Assembly: GCA_049970895.1 (NCBI GenBank)
Contig: JBMFMB010000012.1
Location: forward strand, 1 to 48,777
Reading direction: 5' to 3'
Source of the DNA: Candidatus Bathyarchaeia archaeon
GTDB lineage: Archaea; Thermoproteota; Bathyarchaeia; Bathyarchaeales; Bathycorpusculaceae
Length of the DNA stretch: 48,777 nt
How positions within the stretch are numbered: the first letter of the stretch is position 1; each line of letters begins with the position of its first letter. Position numbers and translations under genes: made by a program. Shown piece by piece: positions 10,209 to 20,622 of this stretch. The notes beneath the pieces were generated by a model. The model was not told where the DNA came from. It saw only the letters and a program-made list of their open reading frames with translations, and made no database searches.

Positions 10209-12182
10209 ATGATCTTGATATTTACGGCGCTTGCTGTTGGAAGCTTTGCCATGGTGATTGTTGGTTACTTAGCTTGGAGCATATGTCGAAGAGAACCCGG
10301 AAACCCTTGCATGGTTGAGGTTGCAGGCTACATTAAAGAGGGAACGAAAGCCTTTATTAAAAGGCAATATGGAACAATCGCAATTTTCATTACGTTAATG
10401 CTTATTCCGTTGTCTTTTTTCGGGTGGATCGTTGCAGTTTCCTTTGTTTTCGGCGCAACACTTTCTCTTTTGGCGGCTTTTATAGGGTTGCGTGTAGCTG
10501 TGGAGGCAAATGTGCGGACAGCTGTTGCCGCTGAATCGTCGCCTGCTGAAGCTTTTGCTTTAGCGTTTAGTGGCGGGGGTGTTATGGGGCTTTCAGTTGT
10601 AGGCTTAAGCCTTTTAGGCGTTGGAACCCTTTATCTGCTTTGCCGCAATCCAACGTTAATTGTTGGTTTTGGGTTTGGGGCAAGCCTAGCAGCGTTATTC
10701 GCACAGCTTGGAGGGGGAATATTCACGAAGGCAGCAGACATAGGAGCAGACCTTGTGGGAAAGATAGAGCAGCGCATACCTGAAGATGACCCGCGTAACC
10801 CAGCTGTTATTGCTGACTTGGTTGGAGACAACGTAGGCGACTGCGCTGGCAGAGGCTCAGACCTGTTTGAATCCATAAGTGACGATTATATTACTGCCAT
10901 TATACTTGGCACGCTGTTGCTCGGCCATCTTGGCATAAAAGCCGCAGCATTTCCATTACTACTTGGAGCCACTGGAATTTTAGCAACGATTGTCGGCGTT
11001 TTCTTTATGAGAACATGGAGGGGGACGAAGCCTATAATAACCTTTAATCTAGGTCTTCTTATAACCGCGCTCTGCTGTGCCTTTGGCGCTTTAATTTCTT
11101 GCCTGCTAACAATAGGTGACATCAGAGTCTTTTACGCTGTAACCCTTGGTTTAGTGTCAAGTCTAGCTGTTGGGGTTGCCGTGCAATATTATACTGGGAT
11201 TAATGGTTGGGTTGTCGGGAAAGTGGCTGAGTCCTCCGAACGGGGAGCCGCCATAAATATTCTAACAGGCTTATCTTACGCTTTTCAGAGTCCATTTATG
11301 CCAATTCTGTTTATTTTAGGCGCCATCATCTTCGCTTATTTAATTACAGGCGGTTCCCTTTACGGAGTGTTGGGGGCAAACCTTGGAACAGACTTGGCTA
11401 TAGGCTTCATAATGTCAAGCGATACTTTTGGGCCAATATGCGATAATGCTTTAGGCATAGCCAAAATGTCCAAAAATGAAAGTTCTAGTGAAAGCCTTGA
11501 AGGGCTTGACAGTTTGGGCAACACGACGAAGGCTTACACTAAAGCCTTTGCCACAGCCTCCGGGACGGTTTCATCAATCGTTATTTTCGCCACATACGGC
11601 GAAATGGTGAAGCTTTATCAAGTAAGCCAAGGAGTTTTAAATCCAATATTTATGGCAAGCCTCCTTCTTGGTGCAACCCTACCATTCGTTTTCTCTTCTC
11701 TTGCCATTGGAGCCGCTGCGAAAACGGCTTATCAAATGGTTGACGAGGTTAGGAGACAGTTCAAAGAGTATCCTAACATTATTGAGGGCAAAGTCAAGCC
11801 TAACTACGCCCGATGCGTTGACATGGCCACAAAACACGCCCTTAAAAGGATGATGATGCCTGGATTTTTAGCGGTTGCCTCACCAGTAATTGTTGGATTA
11901 GTGTTGGGTAAACACGCTTTAGGCGCCATGCTGCTGGGCGGACTGGCAACTTCAGTTCTGCTCTCTTCAACATTCACCTTCGGAGGAGGCATATTGGATA
12001 ATGCCAAAAAACATGTTGAAAGAAAGTTTTGGATGAGAGGAACACAAGCCCATGAAGCTGCAGTTGTAGGTGACACTGTAGGCGACCCATTGAAAGATGT
12101 TGCAGGGCCATCCCTTAACATTTTCATGAAACTGACAAACATGACAGCTCTGCTAATAGCACCTCTGCTTCTCATGATATAA
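10209..12182 (+). CDS. hppA: Membrane-bound pyrophosphatase, K+-independent, divergent (copy 2)
   Basis: [39 protein letters not shown] and [10 protein letters not shown]. Confidence 0.94.
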   Translation: MILIFTALAVGSFAMVIVGYLAWSICRREPGNPCMVEVAGYIKEGTKAFIKRQYGTIAIFITLMLIPLSFFGWIVAVSFVFGATLSLLAAFIGLRVAVEANVRTAVAAESSPAEAFALAFSGGGVMGLSVVGLSLLGVGTLYLLCRNPTLIVGFGFGASLAALFAQLGGGIFTKAADIGADLVGKIEQRIPEDDPRNPAVIADLVGDNVGDCAGRGSDLFESISDDYITAIILGTLLLGHLGIKAAAFPLLLGATGILATIVGVFFMRTWRGTKPIITFNLGLLITALCCAFGALISCLLTIGDIRVFYAVTLGLVSSLAVGVAVQYYTGINGWVVGKVAESSERGAAINILTGLSYAFQSPFMPILFILGAIIFAYLITGGSLYGVLGANLGTDLAIGFIMSSDTFGPICDNALGIAKMSKNESSSESLEGLDSLGNTTKAYTKAFATASGTVSSIVIFATYGEMVKLYQVSQGVLNPIFMASLLLGATLPFVFSSLAIGAAAKTAYQMVDEVRRQFKEYPNIIEGKVKPNYARCVDMATKHALKRMMMPGFLAVASPVIVGLVLGKHALGAMLLGGLATSVLLSSTFTFGGGILDNAKKHVERKFWMRGTQAHEAAVVGDTVGDPLKDVAGPSLNIFMKLTNMTALLIAPLLLMI

Positions 12183-12275
12183 GCGATTCGATTGGACTGT
12201 TACAGTTTATGGGCGAGTTTCAAGGGTTAACATAACACTCAATATTGGCTGTTGCCTACAAATTTTTGAAGGTTT

Positions 12276-13346
12276 TCAGCTCGTTTGAACTGATGATGCT
12301 TTGAACGCTATGAAGACTTTTGAGTCTATGTTAAGTTGCATTTCGTTAAGCGATTTTTTAGTTATTTGGGCAGTGAATGTTTTTGTTGCTCCAGCTTTTA
12401 TTTTTAGCTTTACGATGTGTCCCATGTCTGATATTTGCACTATTCTGCCTTCAAATGTGTTTCTTGCGCTTGAAAAAATGGGCTGAGTTGATATGATGAT
12501 GTCTTCTGGGGGTATATGCAACACTACGTTTCCCACTTTTTTGAATGTTGCTTCAATTTTTAGGTCTTCTCCTATGTCAACAACAGAGGTGCCCTCCGCT
12601 GTGATTCTTGAGTAACCATGGAATACGTTCTCCAGTCTAGCGAAGCTTTTTATGGGTTGTGTTGGTTTTCCAAAAACCTCCTGAAACGTGCCTATAGCCT
12701 CTATTTTTCCCTCATTGAGAACTGCTATTCTATGCGCCAAATTTTCAGCCTGATGCATGTTATGCGTCGTCATAATCACTGTTGTTTCATTTTCTCTATT
12801 AACGTGGGATATGACCTCTTCAATTATGGAGACGTTTCTCGGGTCAAGGTTCGCCGTCGGCTCATCAAGAAGCAAGAGTTCAGGCTCTATCACCAAAGCT
12901 TGGGCTATAGCTACCCGTTGGGCTTCTCCACCTGACAAAGCCAAAGCGTTTTTGCGTTCAAAACCGCTCAGCTGCACCAATTCAAGCTTCTCCTTAACCT
13001 TTTGCCTAATTTTGCGTTCATCTTCTCCTCTGATTTTCAGGGGGTAAGCCACATTATCGTAGACGCTCATGTTGAAGAGAACAGTCTGCTGGAAAACCAT
13101 TCCAATCCTTCTACGCAAAGCCGCCTTGTCCCTTGCAGAATAGTCTACAGGCCGTCCGTTGAAAAATACTTTGCCGCTTGTGGGTTCCTCGAGTAAATCA
13201 AGAATCCTGAGAAGCGTTGTTTTTCCCGCCCCGTTTGGACCGACAAGGACAAAGATTTCTCCGTTTTTAACTGTGAAACTCACATCCCTTAGAACTGGTC
13301 TTCCAGAATATTCCTTACAGAGGTTTTGCACTTCTATGATGGGCAA
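12276..13346 (-). CDS. tupC: Tungstate ABC transporter ATPase with C-terminal TOBE domain
   Basis: GPNGAGKTT, LSGGEAQR and LLLDEPT; SSARN...FKAS TOBE region; third gene of the operon. Confidence 0.85.
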   Translation of the reverse strand: MPIIEVQNLCKEYSGRPVLRDVSFTVKNGEIFVLVGPNGAGKTTLLRILDLLEEPTSGKVFFNGRPVDYSARDKAALRRRIGMVFQQTVLFNMSVYDNVAYPLKIRGEDERKIRQKVKEKLELVQLSGFERKNALALSGGEAQRVAIAQALVIEPELLLLDEPTANLDPRNVSIIEEVISHVNRENETTVIMTTHNMHQAENLAHRIAVLNEGKIEAIGTFQEVFGKPTQPIKSFARLENVFHGYSRITAEGTSVVDIGEDLKIEATFKKVGNVVLHIPPEDIIISTQPIFSSARNTFEGRIVQISDMGHIVKLKIKAGATKTFTAQITKKSLNEMQLNIDSKVFIAFKASSVQTS

Positions 13347-14033
13347 CTATCTTCTCGCCCCCTTAAGCTGAACAATCGTTAACGCCAAATTTATTATGAA
13401 GGCCATTGACAACAGAATGGCTCCAAGCGTTAAAGCCATTGAAAAATTGCCAAGCTCGGTTTCAACAACTATGGCTGTTGTCAGCGTTCGCGTCCACCAC
13501 CTAACATTGCCACCAGTAATCATTATACCCCCGACCTCTGAGATGGCTGCGCCAAACGCTACAATTATTGATGTTAGGACGCCTATTCGTGCCTCCCTCA
13601 GCACCAGCCAAGCCGCCTGAGTTTCGGTGGCGCCAAGCGATAAAGCCCTCTCCCTAACCGCCTTTTCAACGCTTCCAACAGCGGACATTGTTACTCCGAT
13701 GATTATGGGCACAACCATTATGAGCTGCGTTATAATCATGGCCGTTGGCGTGTATAACAGTCCCAACCAGCCCAGCGGCCCTGACGCCGTAAATAACAGG
13801 TAAACCACAAGCCCCACCACGACAGGAGGCAAACCCATAAAAGTGTTTATCACGCTTTTCAACATGACATCCACAAGACGTATCAACGTTCGCTTCCCCC
13901 TAAACTGTAGAAAACCCAAAAATGTTCCAATAGGAACTCCTATTAAGGCTCCTATTAACACAGCGGTTCCTGAAACCCTCAAAGACAGCAATGTTATGTT
14001 CAAGATTTCCTCCCAAAAAGTGCTCTCAACCAT
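13347..14033 (-). CDS. tupB: Tungstate ABC transporter permease
   Basis: GLPPVVVGL, GPLG, FGAAISEVG...GGN and TRTLTTAI motifs. Confidence 0.9.
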   Translation of the reverse strand: MVESTFWEEILNITLLSLRVSGTAVLIGALIGVPIGTFLGFLQFRGKRTLIRLVDVMLKSVINTFMGLPPVVVGLVVYLLFTASGPLGWLGLLYTPTAMIITQLIMVVPIIIGVTMSAVGSVEKAVRERALSLGATETQAAWLVLREARIGVLTSIIVAFGAAISEVGGIMITGGNVRWWTRTLTTAIVVETELGNFSMALTLGAILLSMAFIINLALTIVQLKGARR

Positions 14034-14079
14034 GCTGTTTCACCTTTTAAGATTGAAAAGAAATGGGAAAGTAGAGGTT

Positions 14080-15006
14080 TTAGGGATTTTGGGCGTCATA
14101 CCATGCTATTTCCTTCTCTTGTTCTGGAAAGCCGAGTTTATGGGCTTCATTAAAAACTCGCGCAATAGGCTTGAATAAGGTTTCACCCTCTTTCTTGAAG
14201 CTTGCTATAAGGTTTTGGCCCTCCTCGGAAATCATCCACTTAGCCAGCTGAAGCGCTCCCTTATAGTTTCTTTTGGGATACTTCTCCGGGTTGACGAGAA
14301 TTATAGCATATGGGTTTAGCAGAATCAAATCGCCTTCAACTAGAACCTTCAAGTTTGTTAGCTGGTTTTTGAAGGACAGCCATGTAGCCCTATCCGTAAG
14401 CGTATACGCTTTTTTCTCGTTGGCCATGCGCAACACTGTTCCCATTCCAGCTCCCGCCTCCCAATACCACCTTTGAGTCTTGTTTGAAGGGGCCATTCCC
14501 AGCCTTTGCCATATGCTAAGCTCCAACATGTTCGTTCCAGACCTGTCAGCACGCGAAATGAATGTGGCGTTGCCTTTAGCGCCTGCTTCTGCAATTTTTC
14601 TGAAGGCTTCTGTAGCGTTTGTTAAACCGTATATTCCTGCCGGGTCGCTTTCAGGACCTATTATTATGAAGTCGTTATACATTACGCCGACTCTGTGAAT
14701 GCCATAAGTGCTGTTTACAAACTCAAGCTCAAGCTTCCTTGAATGCACGAGCACGAGGTCTGCATCGCCGCGTTTGGCTATTTCTATGGCTTGGCCTGTG
14801 CCCACAGAGATTATGTGGACCTCAGCGTTATATTTGGCTTCAAATTTAGGCATTAAATAATCCAGCAGTCCAGAATCATAAGTGCTTGTGGTCGTCGCCA
14901 AAACAATAATGGACTTTTGGCTACTCAGATACTGCTCATAGGCAAATACGCCTATGATCGCTACCGCCAATATTATTCCCATCAAGATTTTTGAAGGCTT
15001 CTTCAT
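14080..15006 (-). CDS. tupA: Tungstate-binding protein
   Basis: TupA signature ATTTSTYDSGLLD, plus GTGQA and FISRADRSGT; N-terminal anchor; start moved to ATG15006 because GGTGA precedes it. Confidence 0.92.
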   Translation of the reverse strand: MKKPSKILMGIILAVAIIGVFAYEQYLSSQKSIIVLATTTSTYDSGLLDYLMPKFEAKYNAEVHIISVGTGQAIEIAKRGDADLVLVHSRKLELEFVNSTYGIHRVGVMYNDFIIIGPESDPAGIYGLTNATEAFRKIAEAGAKGNATFISRADRSGTNMLELSIWQRLGMAPSNKTQRWYWEAGAGMGTVLRMANEKKAYTLTDRATWLSFKNQLTNLKVLVEGDLILLNPYAIILVNPEKYPKRNYKGALQLAKWMISEEGQNLIASFKKEGETLFKPIARVFNEAHKLGFPEQEKEIAWYDAQNP

Positions 15007-15014
15007 TTCATCAC

Positions 15015-15038
15015 CGTTATGTTTTGCCATACATATCG
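15015..15038. promoter_or_regulatory. ModE-type operator CGTTATGT-N8-ACATATCG
   Basis: Palindrome with 7/8 arm match; lies between the minus-strand TATA (TTATAAA, ~15049-15055) and the tupA start; resembles known ModE boxes. Confidence 0.7.
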
Positions 15039-15079
15039 ATAACTATCATTTATAAGCATAACGCTTAACAAATACACAT

Positions 15080-15390
15080 ATGCTCGTCCAAGAAAAGACA
15101 AAAACCCCACTGCAAAGGTGTGGCTTGAATACGAGGGAAAGCCAATTCTCGGCGGTGGAGGTGTTACAATCCTAAAAGCCATTAAAGAAGAGAAATCCAT
15201 CTCGAAAGCAGCCCAGAAACTTGGAATGTCATACTGATATGTTTGGAACTATCTTGCCAGAATAAGGAACACGATTGGCGAACCTATAGTTGAGACGTTC
15301 AAATGTGGGAAAACAGGCGGCGGGGCTAAACTTACCCCATTAGGCGAATACCTTCTTAAAGAATATCGCGTGCGAGAAGAAGCCATGTGA
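15080..15390 (+). pseudogene. modE: ModE-family wHTH regulator, inactivated
   Basis: KVWLEYEGKPILG...SISKAAQKLGMSY*YVW...GGGAKLT; TGA at 15235 replaces the usual Arg; the ATG is out of frame. Confidence 0.85.
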
Positions 15391-15552
15391 AGGGCGAAGT
15401 GCCATCAGCCATAAAAATTCCTACTGGTTGTCGTTTTCACCCAAGATGCCCATTCACTAAAAATATATGCACAAAAGAGGAGCCGGAATTAAGAATCGTA
15501 ACAGCAAATCACTTTGTGGCTTGTCATCTGGCAAAAGATGACAACTAAAAGA

Positions 15553-17163
15553 TTAGCTCGGGCTTTGGCCTAAGGCTCTTTGCAATGCGTTTATCACGTT
15601 TTGTCTGCCCATGGCGGTTATGTATGGGCCGAGTCTCGGTCCTTGTGGTGCGCCTATCAGTATGGTGTATAGGGTTTTGAAGAATTCTGGTGGTGGTATA
15701 CCATGTTTTTTTGCTGTGTTGAATATGGCGTTTTGTATTTTTTCTGGTTCTTCTTCCGTTTTTAGGGTTTCGATGAGTTCTTTTATGGCGTTTTTCTCTT
15801 CTGGTTTTAGGGTTATTGTTGTTTCGCGGATTTCTTCGAAGTCCTTAACCCAGTTGAGCGCGTATTCCATTCGCCTTCTTAGTTCTTGGTCTGGCTGTTG
15901 CCCATTCTTTAGGTAGCCATAGCTTTGGAGTTTTTCTGTTATGAATTCTGTTTCTTTGCCCTTTGGTGCGATTTTTGCCAGAAAGGTTAACATGTTGTAT
16001 GGCACATGTATGCTTGGTTGTTTAGGCGGCTTTAGAACCCAGCAGTACTCGTATAAGCCCTTAAGCTTTGCCAGTTCTTTTTTATCTGGAATAGTCTTCC
16101 TTCCAAAGTATACGTCTTCTAAATAGTCTAGCTCGTTCATATAGGCGGGTATGTCCGTCACGTCTAGGGTGCGGGTTCCAACAAACCTCTTCAGCATAAG
16201 CAGCATTAGTGACTGGGGTGAGCCATACCTAAACCAGACTTGAGGCGTGAAAACGTTGCCCGTTGACTTTGAAATTTTTCTTCCGCTTTTGTCGAGGAAC
16301 ATTTCGTATTTTGCGTGGGCTGGCGGTTCGTAGCCCAGCACTTCGCGGCATATTCTGTCGTTTACGCGGACTGAGTCGGCTATATCCTTGCCGTAAGCCT
16401 CGAACCTTATGTCAAGGGCTTTCCATCTAGCTGCAAATTCGCCTTTCCAGCTTAGTTTTCCCTCACCCTTTGTTACGTCAACTTCGCCTTTGTATCCGCA
16501 TCCCTCAATCCATCTGCCCTTAATTTCCATGCCCTCGCAGACGTAGAGCACTTTGTTCTCTTCTGGGAGGTATTCCAGCGCCTTTGTTGTGTATATTCTA
16601 CCACAGTTTCCGCAAACTGGAAAGTATGGCAAGACTTCAATGTACCTTTCTTGTCCCACCTCTTCTTTGACTATTTCTCCGACTTTTTTAGCATTTAAAA
16701 GCAAGGTCTTGATTTCGTTGTTTAGCAAGCCATTTTTGTAGACTTCTTTAGCCGACATATAACAATATTCTATACCACACTTGTCTAAAGCTTCAAGCAG
16801 AAGATGACTCATGTGTCTGCCATAACTGTCATGGCACCTAAATGGATCAGGAATATCTGTGACTGGAAAACCCAAATATTTCTCCAGAGCTTTTGGCAAT
16901 CCCGCTGGGACTTTACGCAGTCCATCTTTGTCGTCGCAGAAGGCTATAAGCTCTGAACGGTAGCCTTGCTCCCTAATGGCTAACGTGACAGCATAAGCGC
17001 GGGCAGCATCCCCCAAACTTCCAATGTGGGGAAAACCAGAAGCCCCAAGCCCCATCTCAGTTCTTATCACGTCTAAGCTTCTGCCCAGCTTCCGCTCCCT
17101 CTCAATTATTTTTAGAGCCATTTTATCGTACCATGTTCCCCGACCGATGATTTCGCTGCCCAT
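15553..17163 (-). CDS. lysS: Lysine--tRNA ligase, class I
   Basis: SGFPHIG (HIGH-like), KISKSTGN (KMSKS-like), FEAYGKD and GPRLG. Confidence 0.97.
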   Translation of the reverse strand: MGSEIIGRGTWYDKMALKIIERERKLGRSLDVIRTEMGLGASGFPHIGSLGDAARAYAVTLAIREQGYRSELIAFCDDKDGLRKVPAGLPKALEKYLGFPVTDIPDPFRCHDSYGRHMSHLLLEALDKCGIEYCYMSAKEVYKNGLLNNEIKTLLLNAKKVGEIVKEEVGQERYIEVLPYFPVCGNCGRIYTTKALEYLPEENKVLYVCEGMEIKGRWIEGCGYKGEVDVTKGEGKLSWKGEFAARWKALDIRFEAYGKDIADSVRVNDRICREVLGYEPPAHAKYEMFLDKSGRKISKSTGNVFTPQVWFRYGSPQSLMLLMLKRFVGTRTLDVTDIPAYMNELDYLEDVYFGRKTIPDKKELAKLKGLYEYCWVLKPPKQPSIHVPYNMLTFLAKIAPKGKETEFITEKLQSYGYLKNGQQPDQELRRRMEYALNWVKDFEEIRETTITLKPEEKNAIKELIETLKTEEEPEKIQNAIFNTAKKHGIPPPEFFKTLYTILIGAPQGPRLGPYITAMGRQNVINALQRALGQSPS

Positions 17164-17242
17164 AGTGTTTTCAAGCCTCTGGGACGCTATTCATTTTGCA
17201 TTATGTGGATAAAAAATGTTTAGAAAGGGCTGTGGTTCGCGT

Positions 17243-17995
17243 TTAAAATATTCCAAATTTAGTTGTCGGTATGTCTCCTTTTACGACCGTGCCCGTTGCT
17301 CCATCCAGCCACAAACTATAGCTTTCGCCTTTATATTCGTATTTTATGAACCATATTGGCGAGTGGAGGTAAACCGTTTGACCAACCTTTATCTCGTTTT
17401 TCATTTCAATTATTCTGTCAACATCTTGCTGCGCAAGATAACGGTGATGCTCCACAATTTGTTGTTTAGCTATTTCAACAGCCTCATCTCTGTCAATTTC
17501 GCTGTTTAACACCTTGGCGAAATCCTCAATTTTCCTAAAATCGTATGGAACCTTCCCTTCCAACGGCACATCATACTCTTTTGTTGGGAATTGAGTAGCT
17601 TTTCTTGCAATGATAAGCCAATCATATTTCTTGGTTATTTTGCCCTCCTTCACGAGTGGCGGGCTGATCCTTTCAAAAATCCCTTTATAGGCGCTTTCAG
17701 CCTCCACTGATATAATCCAGAAAGGGATGTACATCAACGTCTTCTCAGTTATCTTTGACTTTTTGGCTAGGTCTGCTGGCTTTAGGAAACCAGAACCCAT
17801 CCACTCTTTAACTGGCTCTTCTATTCTTGTTGGGTCATACTTGTTTAGCAGCATTGAATGTTCAAAGGTGAAAGCTTTTCCAGTTTCAATTACCATAGTA
17901 TAGCCGCAGTACTTGCATGTGGCTATTATTTCGCCCGGTTCGAAGGAGATTGGTGCACCACAGTAGGAGCAGCGTAGCTCCTTAACTATTGACAT
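17243..17995 (-). CDS. Zinc-ribbon domain protein
   Basis: CSYCGAP...CKYCG at the N-terminus; overlaps the stop of the upstream gene. Confidence 0.8.
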   Translation of the reverse strand: MSIVKELRCSYCGAPISFEPGEIIATCKYCGYTMVIETGKAFTFEHSMLLNKYDPTRIEEPVKEWMGSGFLKPADLAKKSKITEKTLMYIPFWIISVEAESAYKGIFERISPPLVKEGKITKKYDWLIIARKATQFPTKEYDVPLEGKVPYDFRKIEDFAKVLNSEIDRDEAVEIAKQQIVEHHRYLAQQDVDRIIEMKNEIKVGQTVYLHSPIWFIKYEYKGESYSLWLDGATGTVVKGDIPTTKFGIF

Positions 17996-19382
17996 TTTCC
18001 CTAACCCTCTGTTTTTCGCGTTTTAGAATTTCCCTCGCTACAATAACGCCTGACGCTGATGCCTGTATAAGTCCTCTGGTTACCCCGGCGCCATCCCCTA
18101 TTGTGAACAGGTTTTTTATCTTTGTTTCAAGGGAGCTGCTTAACTCCAGCCTTGAAGAGTAGAATTTCACCTCAACACCATACAAAAGCGTGTCTCGTGA
18201 ATGTATTCCGGGGGCAATTTTGTCTAGGGCTTCAAGCATCTCCCTTATATCAGCAAGATAGCGATATGGCAAGACAAAGCTCAAGTCGCCTGGCGTGGCG
18301 TTTTTCAATGTTGGCGCTACAACACTTCTCGCAATTCTTTCTGGTGTTGAGCGTCTTCCAGCTTCCAAGTCACCTAACCGCTGTATTAGGATACCACCGC
18401 TGAGAAGGTTTGAAAGCCTCGCCAAATATTTTCCATAGGCTATTGGTTCCTTGAAAGGCTCTGTAAATGAAGTGCTAACAAGGATGGCGAAGTTTGTGTT
18501 TTCCGTTTTGCGTTCAGCGTAGCTTTGCCCATTAACGGTTAATACCCCATTGTATGATTCAGATATGACCTCACCATAAGGTGCCACACAAAAAGTCCTA
18601 ACATGGTCGTCAAAAAACTTCGAATAGTAAATGAACTTAGGCTCATAAAGAACATTTGTTAACTCCTCCATAACTGCGGCTAAAACTTCCACTCTGATGC
18701 CAACGTCCACCGGATTGTTGAGAGTTTTTAAGCCGAGTGCTTGGGCTTCTGTTTGAAGCCATTCCGCTCCACCCCTTCCCGGAGCTACAATCACATATTT
18801 TCCAAAGAACTTTTCTCCGTCAACTGTTTCAACGCCTTCAACGGCTCCATTTTTCACAATGAGCCCTTTAACATCTTTTCCCATTTTGATGTCAACTTTT
18901 CCGTTGAGTTCTTGGCGCATCCTTCGCAGTGTTTGGGCGCAGCGTTCAGTTCCCATGTGCCTAATCTTTTGGTGGACAAGCTTTAGTCCAGCCATGGAAG
19001 CCTTCTTCTCAATCTCCTCAACCTTTTCTATATCTTCGCCATAAACGCGATTCGGGGCGCCGAATTTTATGTAAATGCTGTCAACGTAGTTTATCAGCTC
19101 TTTCAACTCTTTCTCCGAAACGTACTGGTTTAGCCAGCCGCCCACCTCCGTTGATATTGTCAGTTTGCCGTCGCTGAAGGCTCCAGCCCCACCCCACCCA
19201 CACAAAAGTCCACAAGGCTCACAGTTTACACATCCAAAACCTCTGCTTGCTGGACATTTTCTCCGCTCTAAATCCGGACCCTTATCAAGCATTAATATGC
19301 GAAGGTCTGCTTTCTCAATAATTTCAAGGGCTGAGAATATTCCGGCTGGACCGGCACCAACAATTATTACATCGTATTTCAA
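17982..19382 (-). CDS. NAD(P)/FAD-dependent oxidoreductase (COG2509-like)
   Basis: YDVIIVGAGPAG, GGAGAFSDGK and GDGAGVTRG; TTG19382 is the probable start. Confidence 0.9.
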   Translation of the reverse strand: MKYDVIIVGAGPAGIFSALEIIEKADLRILMLDKGPDLERRKCPASRGFGCVNCEPCGLLCGWGGAGAFSDGKLTISTEVGGWLNQYVSEKELKELINYVDSIYIKFGAPNRVYGEDIEKVEEIEKKASMAGLKLVHQKIRHMGTERCAQTLRRMRQELNGKVDIKMGKDVKGLIVKNGAVEGVETVDGEKFFGKYVIVAPGRGGAEWLQTEAQALGLKTLNNPVDVGIRVEVLAAVMEELTNVLYEPKFIYYSKFFDDHVRTFCVAPYGEVISESYNGVLTVNGQSYAERKTENTNFAILVSTSFTEPFKEPIAYGKYLARLSNLLSGGILIQRLGDLEAGRRSTPERIARSVVAPTLKNATPGDLSFVLPYRYLADIREMLEALDKIAPGIHSRDTLLYGVEVKFYSSRLELSSSLETKIKNLFTIGDGAGVTRGLIQASASGVIVAREILKREKQRVRENVNS

Positions 19383-19479
19383 AGCCCTATACCTCTTGAA
19401 GCCCAAAACTAGATGTAACAACAAGCATATATTTTTAGCGAATCCCAAACCACAACGTTCTTTAAGTTAAATTAGAGCA

Positions 19480-19830
19480 TTATTTTGTTTTATCATGGTG
19501 GGGCACAAGGCATAGAAACTTTACTATTTTATTTCCATCGTTTTTAAACTGATGCTTCTCATTGGGTGGAATAAAAATCACATCGCCGGGCTTAAACCTT
19601 CTTTCCTCATTGGCGCCGACAACGATGCCCTCACCATCCAAAATGAAGACTTCGTGCTCCCACGGGTGGGTGTGCAGCGGGCTATGTCCTCCGGGCGCCA
19701 TCTCAAAAAGTCGCATTGCAAAGTTTGGGGCACCCATGTCCCGTGTTATAAGCCATCTAACCTTCAGCTTTAAGGCTCCCTTTTCGTTGGCTTCTTCGGC
19801 TTTAACCTCGCTATAATGGAAAATCTTCAT
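19480..19830 (-). CDS. Cupin-domain protein
   Basis: HTHPWEHE and IPPNEKH metal-binding motifs. Confidence 0.9.
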   Translation of the reverse strand: MKIFHYSEVKAEEANEKGALKLKVRWLITRDMGAPNFAMRLFEMAPGGHSPLHTHPWEHEVFILDGEGIVVGANEERRFKPGDVIFIPPNEKHQFKNDGNKIVKFLCLVPHHDKTK

Positions 19831-19873
19831 GGCACACATCATCCATTACAACAAGCGTGATTTAGCATCAAAC

Positions 19874-20152
19874 TTAATCTTTTATGGCTTCAAGTATGCT
19901 CATCACATTCCAGAGCTTAACACGTGTGTAGGGCGGCATGTTCGGGTCTTGCAGGATTTCATCTAATATAGATATGGCGTTTGAAGCCCTAACAGCAGGC
20001 GTAAATTCGGTTGTCTGCAGAGCATCCATTGAGTCTTTAGCCGCCCTCCTAATGTTACGTGGAGTTGTCGTATCTTCTGAAACTTCGGCGAGCACAGCCA
20101 TGGCTTGCTTAATTCTCTCCTCATACTCCTCAAGCTTCTTCTTCCTAACCAT
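19874..20152 (-). CDS. UPF0147 family protein
   Basis: DTTTPRNIRRAA and DPNMPPYTRVKLWN. Confidence 0.9.
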   Translation of the reverse strand: MVRKKKLEEYEERIKQAMAVLAEVSEDTTTPRNIRRAAKDSMDALQTTEFTPAVRASNAISILDEILQDPNMPPYTRVKLWNVMSILEAIKD

Positions 20153-20229
20153 AGGCTGCCACCACAACAATTTCAGATAATCAAGTTATATAGGCTTTTA
20201 TGCCTATCTATTTTCGAGGGTCTAATGAA

Positions 20230-20601
20230 ATGTTGCAAAATTCCAAAGAAGCTGAGGAACAGTATATTAAGCGTATGGCTGACCTACTTCGTCAAGGTCA
20301 AACCTTAACTGAACTGGCTTGTCCGGTTTGTGCTTCTCCGTTGTTCCGACTTAAGAGCGGAGATTTATGGTGTGCAAGGTGCGAGAAAAAAGTAATAGTT
20401 GTTAAAGAGGAAACAGAGTTGGCAAAAGTCACAAGTGCTTTAAGCCTTGAAGCCCTTGAGGCCACACTGCTCGCGAAAATACAGGAAATCCAAGAAAAGA
20501 TGCAACACGAGACAGATGTTGAAGAGCTCCAAAAGCTTGGCTCAGCACTTTCTGGACTTTTGGAAAACCTGGAGAAGGTAAGGAAAGCCAAAAGGCTCTA
20601 G
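20230..20601 (+). CDS. UPF0148 / SSSCA1-like zinc-ribbon protein
   Basis: MADLLRQG...CPVCASPLF...CARC; divergent from UPF0147. Confidence 0.85.
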   Translation: MLQNSKEAEEQYIKRMADLLRQGQTLTELACPVCASPLFRLKSGDLWCARCEKKVIVVKEETELAKVTSALSLEALEATLLAKIQEIQEKMQHETDVEELQKLGSALSGLLENLEKVRKAKRL

Positions 20602-20622
20602 CATTCAAACAAGGGATGGAAA

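Noticed and set aside
15235-15237. In-frame TGA in modE as selenocysteine or recoding
   Set aside because: It replaces a conserved Arg (CGA to TGA), the gene has other lesions, and TGA is a normal stop elsewhere in the window.
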